A stretch of 64,000 nucleotides of DNA, from contig OZ220696.1 of NCBI GenBank assembly GCA_965116495.1, forward strand, positions 2,912,001 to 2,976,000, in the 5' to 3' direction. Positions 61,661 through 64,000 of the stretch are shown in pieces. Within the stretch, counting starts at the first letter, position 1; each line of letters opens with the position of its first letter. Made by a program: the position numbers and the translations under genes. The stretch comes from Gammaproteobacteria bacterium. Lineage in GTDB: Bacteria; Pseudomonadota; Gammaproteobacteria; Eutrophobiales; Eutrophobiaceae. Under the pieces are notes generated by a model. The model ran no database searches. It was not told the origin of the DNA and saw nothing but the letters and a program-made list of their open reading frames with translations.

Positions 61661-62123
61661 TAACCCGCATATCTCACCAATTCGCTTGTTACTATCCGAA
61701 ACGTCAATATGCTGTCAATAAGTTATAGTAATATTCACACTATGTCATCATTACAGACTGCGCTTGATGCGCCCTCGCTTGTCTTTTTCCCGCCAGCGGG
61801 CACGTGTTCATTGCGTCCATCCCTGGACGCAACCCTTCGGGCGGCTATCGCCGTGCAAATCGGCTGTCCTGCCGATTTGTCCCTCAACCAGACAAATCTG
61901 CCTGGAGCAGATTTGGACGCTCGCAGAGCGCCCGCAGGGGGCGCCCCAAGGATGGGGCGCATCAACTACGGCTATGCTTTCGGTCGCAGGCACCCGCTGG
62001 CGGGACAAATCTGCCAGGAGCAGATTTGGACGTCCGCAGGACGCCTGCAGGGTGTGCGCCACGGAAGGCGCACATCTAAAATCCTGCGCGATCATCGCAT
62101 CAATTGGTGAGATATGCGGGTTA
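61661..62123. mobile_element. Expanded MITE of the TAACCC...GGGTTA family, copy 2 (inverted relative to copy 1)
   Basis: Perfect 22-bp TIRs TAACCCGCATATCTCACCAATT / AATTGGTGAGATATGCGGGTTA; shared internal blocks with 54827-54990; duplicated 29-bp module at 61891-61919 and 62004-62032. Confidence 0.85.
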
Positions 62124-62295
62124 GTGTATCCAGATTGTATGAGAGGTCAAAGTCCTTATACGCGGCAGACAGGTTCGCCACAAAGCCGTCCGGTGCATTG
62201 TTGCCATTCAGGGTTTGACCGGGAAGCCGGAAACGAAGTGGCGTGCAAGGAATTTGAAGACATCCGGAGAAATAACATAACATGATGAAACTAGG

Positions 62296-62310
62296 GAGAA
62301 ATGCGGGTTA
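62296..62310. repeat. Additional right-end TIR of the same family abutting the hemC start codon
   Basis: GAGAAATGCGGGTTA, 14/15 complementary to the left TIR at 61661. Confidence 0.65.
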
Positions 62311-63246
62311 ATGGCCGGTTCAGGCCTGCGCATTGTTACAAGAGAAAGCCCCCTGGCCATGTGGCAGGCGCAATTCGTGCGCGCGCGCTTACAGGAAATG
62401 CATCCCGGCCTGCGTGTGGGGATAAAGACCGTAAAGACGACCGCCGATCGATTTTTGCACAAATCGCTGGCGGAAATGGGCGGCAAGGGCGTGTTTGTCA
62501 AGGAACTGGAGCAGGCGCTGCTGAATGACGAGGCCGACCTTGCCGTTCATTCCATGAAGGACGTGACAGTAGATCTCCCTGCCGGCCTGGCGATAACGGT
62601 AATCATGCAAAGAGAGGACCCGCGGGATGTGCTGGTGGCAAGCCGTTATCCGTCCCTGGCCGAATTGCCGGCCGGCGCCAGGGTCGGGACATCCAGTCTG
62701 CGCCGGCAGTGCCAGCTCAATGCAGCCTGTCCGGGACTTGTCCTGCAGGACATTCGCGGCAACGTGGGGAGCAGGCTGCAAAAACTGGATAACGGGACTT
62801 ATGATGCGTTGATCCTGGCGGCCGCCGGGATGAAGCGGCTCGGCAAGGAGGACCGGATCAGCGTCTACCTTGATGTGGAAGACATGTTGCCGGCTATTGG
62901 ACAGGGCGCGCTGGGGATCGAAACCAGGGCAGGTGATGCGCAGGTGTTACAGTTTGTCCAGCCCCTGAACCACGAACCGACCCGGGCGTGCGTGAGTGCG
63001 GAGAGGGCCTTGTCCCGGAAGCTCTACGGCGGCTGTCACCTGCCGCTCGCGGCCTACGCGGAGATTTCCGGCGAAGGCCTCTCCATGACTGCGCTGGCAG
63101 GTTACCCGGACGGTTCAAGGATAGTGAAAGACAGTATTGCCGGTGCCGTGGGCCAGGCCGAGCAGCTTGGGCAGGAGCTGGGGGAGCGGTTGCTGCAGCG
63201 GGGCGCGCATGAGATCCTGGTTGAGGTGATGGGCAATGCGGGATAG
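62311..63246 (+). CDS. hemC: Hydroxymethylbilane synthase (porphobilinogen deaminase)
   Basis: TRESPLAMWQ, GGKGVFVKELE, AVHSMKD, GTSSLRR, RGNV, PAIGQGAL, GGC..P. Confidence 0.97.
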   Translation: MAGSGLRIVTRESPLAMWQAQFVRARLQEMHPGLRVGIKTVKTTADRFLHKSLAEMGGKGVFVKELEQALLNDEADLAVHSMKDVTVDLPAGLAITVIMQREDPRDVLVASRYPSLAELPAGARVGTSSLRRQCQLNAACPGLVLQDIRGNVGSRLQKLDNGTYDALILAAAGMKRLGKEDRISVYLDVEDMLPAIGQGALGIETRAGDAQVLQFVQPLNHEPTRACVSAERALSRKLYGGCHLPLAAYAEISGEGLSMTALAGYPDGSRIVKDSIAGAVGQAEQLGQELGERLLQRGAHEILVEVMGNAG

Positions 63247-64000
63247 CGACCCGACCCTCTCGGGGAAAAAAATCTGGGTAACCAGGCCCGCGCACCAGGC
63301 TGAAGAACTCTGCAGGATGATTGAGGAGAGGAAAGGTGCGCCACTGAGTCTACCGACCCTGGTCATCCGGCCCGTCCCGGGGGAAGAACGGACAGCAGAA
63401 AACCGGCGCCGGCTGGTGGATGCGGATATCGTTGTCTTCATCAGTAAAAATGCCGTTGCCCATTGTCTGGCACTGTTCCCGCATGTTGCCGACATCTTAC
63501 AGGAAAAGATCGTTCTTGCGGTCGGCCGGACAACAGCCGGCGCGTTGCTGGCCCTGGGGCTCGAGTCGGTTGGGCACATCGACGCCGGCGGAAGCGAATC
63601 ACTGTTGCAGCTCCCGGTATTGTCCGGAACGGAATTAAGGGGTAAACGGGTCATAATTGTTCGCGGCCAGGGGGGGCGCGAGGTCTTGCGGGACAGCTTG
63701 GTTGCCCGGGGTGCCGGTGTCGATTACCTGGAAGTATACCGGCGCGACAAGCCCGGCATAAGTCAGGCAGACATGGCGAAATTCTGGCATGATGAGAGGC
63801 CGGATGCCGTGGTAATCACCAGCCTGGCAGGGCTGGATAACTTGGTCGAGTTGATGCCGGCCGGGGAACGCGGGCGCTTGTTCGGAACCGCCATGGTGGT
63901 GATGAGTGAGCGCATAAGACAACGCGCACTGGAGGCAGGATTTCAACGCATAGCCGTGGCGACGGATAACAGCGATACGGGATTGGTTGATGCCTTGATG
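63236..64000 (+). CDS. hemD: Uroporphyrinogen-III synthase, 3' end outside window
   Basis: Manual translation MRDSDPTLSGKKIWVTRPAHQA, FISKNAV, AVGRTTA, SESLL, IVRGQGGRE, EVYRR; overlaps hemC. Confidence 0.92.
   Translation, partial: MRDSDPTLSGKKIWVTRPAHQAEELCRMIEERKGAPLSLPTLVIRPVPGEERTAENRRRLVDADIVVFISKNAVAHCLALFPHVADILQEKIVLAVGRTTAGALLALGLESVGHIDAGGSESLLQLPVLSGTELRGKRVIIVRGQGGREVLRDSLVARGAGVDYLEVYRRDKPGISQADMAKFWHDERPDAVVITSLAGLDNLVELMPAGERGRLFGTAMVVMSERIRQRALEAGFQRIAVATDNSDTGLVDALM

Noticed and set aside
61891-62032. 29-bp direct repeat pair as a mini CRISPR array
   Set aside because: Only two copies, the 84-bp spacer is itself MITE sequence, and there are no cas genes.
61709-62285. ORFs of 76-173 aa across the gshB-hemC spacer
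   Set aside because: They run through a palindromic MITE and have no recognisable domain; the matching peptide at 54919-55125 reflects the shared repeat, not a protein.

Overview
A roughly 60% GC (estimated by eye) gammaproteobacterial core-chromosome segment, very probably the origin-proximal region. Housekeeping blocks dominate: bepA-like M48 protease; PPi-dependent PFK plus K+-independent H+-PPase; leuS-lptE-holA-proA-nadD-rsfS-maf; comEA; dnaN-recF-gyrB with two parS sites in recF; comF and bioBFCD; a complete aa3/caa3-type cytochrome c oxidase cluster; ftsYEX-rpoH; an M16 peptidase pair-rsmD-coaD-ggt; mutM; a TonB-dependent receptor; yaaA; radC-rpmBG; coaBC-algC; pyrE/xth; yggS-proC-yggT; gshB-tonB-yqgEF-pyrRB-pyrC'-pyrK; hemCD. 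No rRNA, tRNA, CRISPR array, prophage or transposase gene was found. Highlights not visible in the ORF track: (1) a stand-alone 24-aa PqqA precursor gene with its own sigma54 promoter, IHF site, candidate enhancer repeats and terminator, sitting where pilT/pilU normally lie; (2) an oriC-like spacer upstream of dnaN with eroded DnaA boxes and no dnaA beside it; (3) a pfp-hppA pyrophosphate module followed by an unknown protein; (4) a perfect CIRCE in front of rpoH; (5) several families of non-autonomous palindromic repeats/MITEs, some supplying stop codons or ribosome-binding sites of core genes and marking synteny breaks. All calls come from reading the sequence and recalled motifs; no database searches were run.
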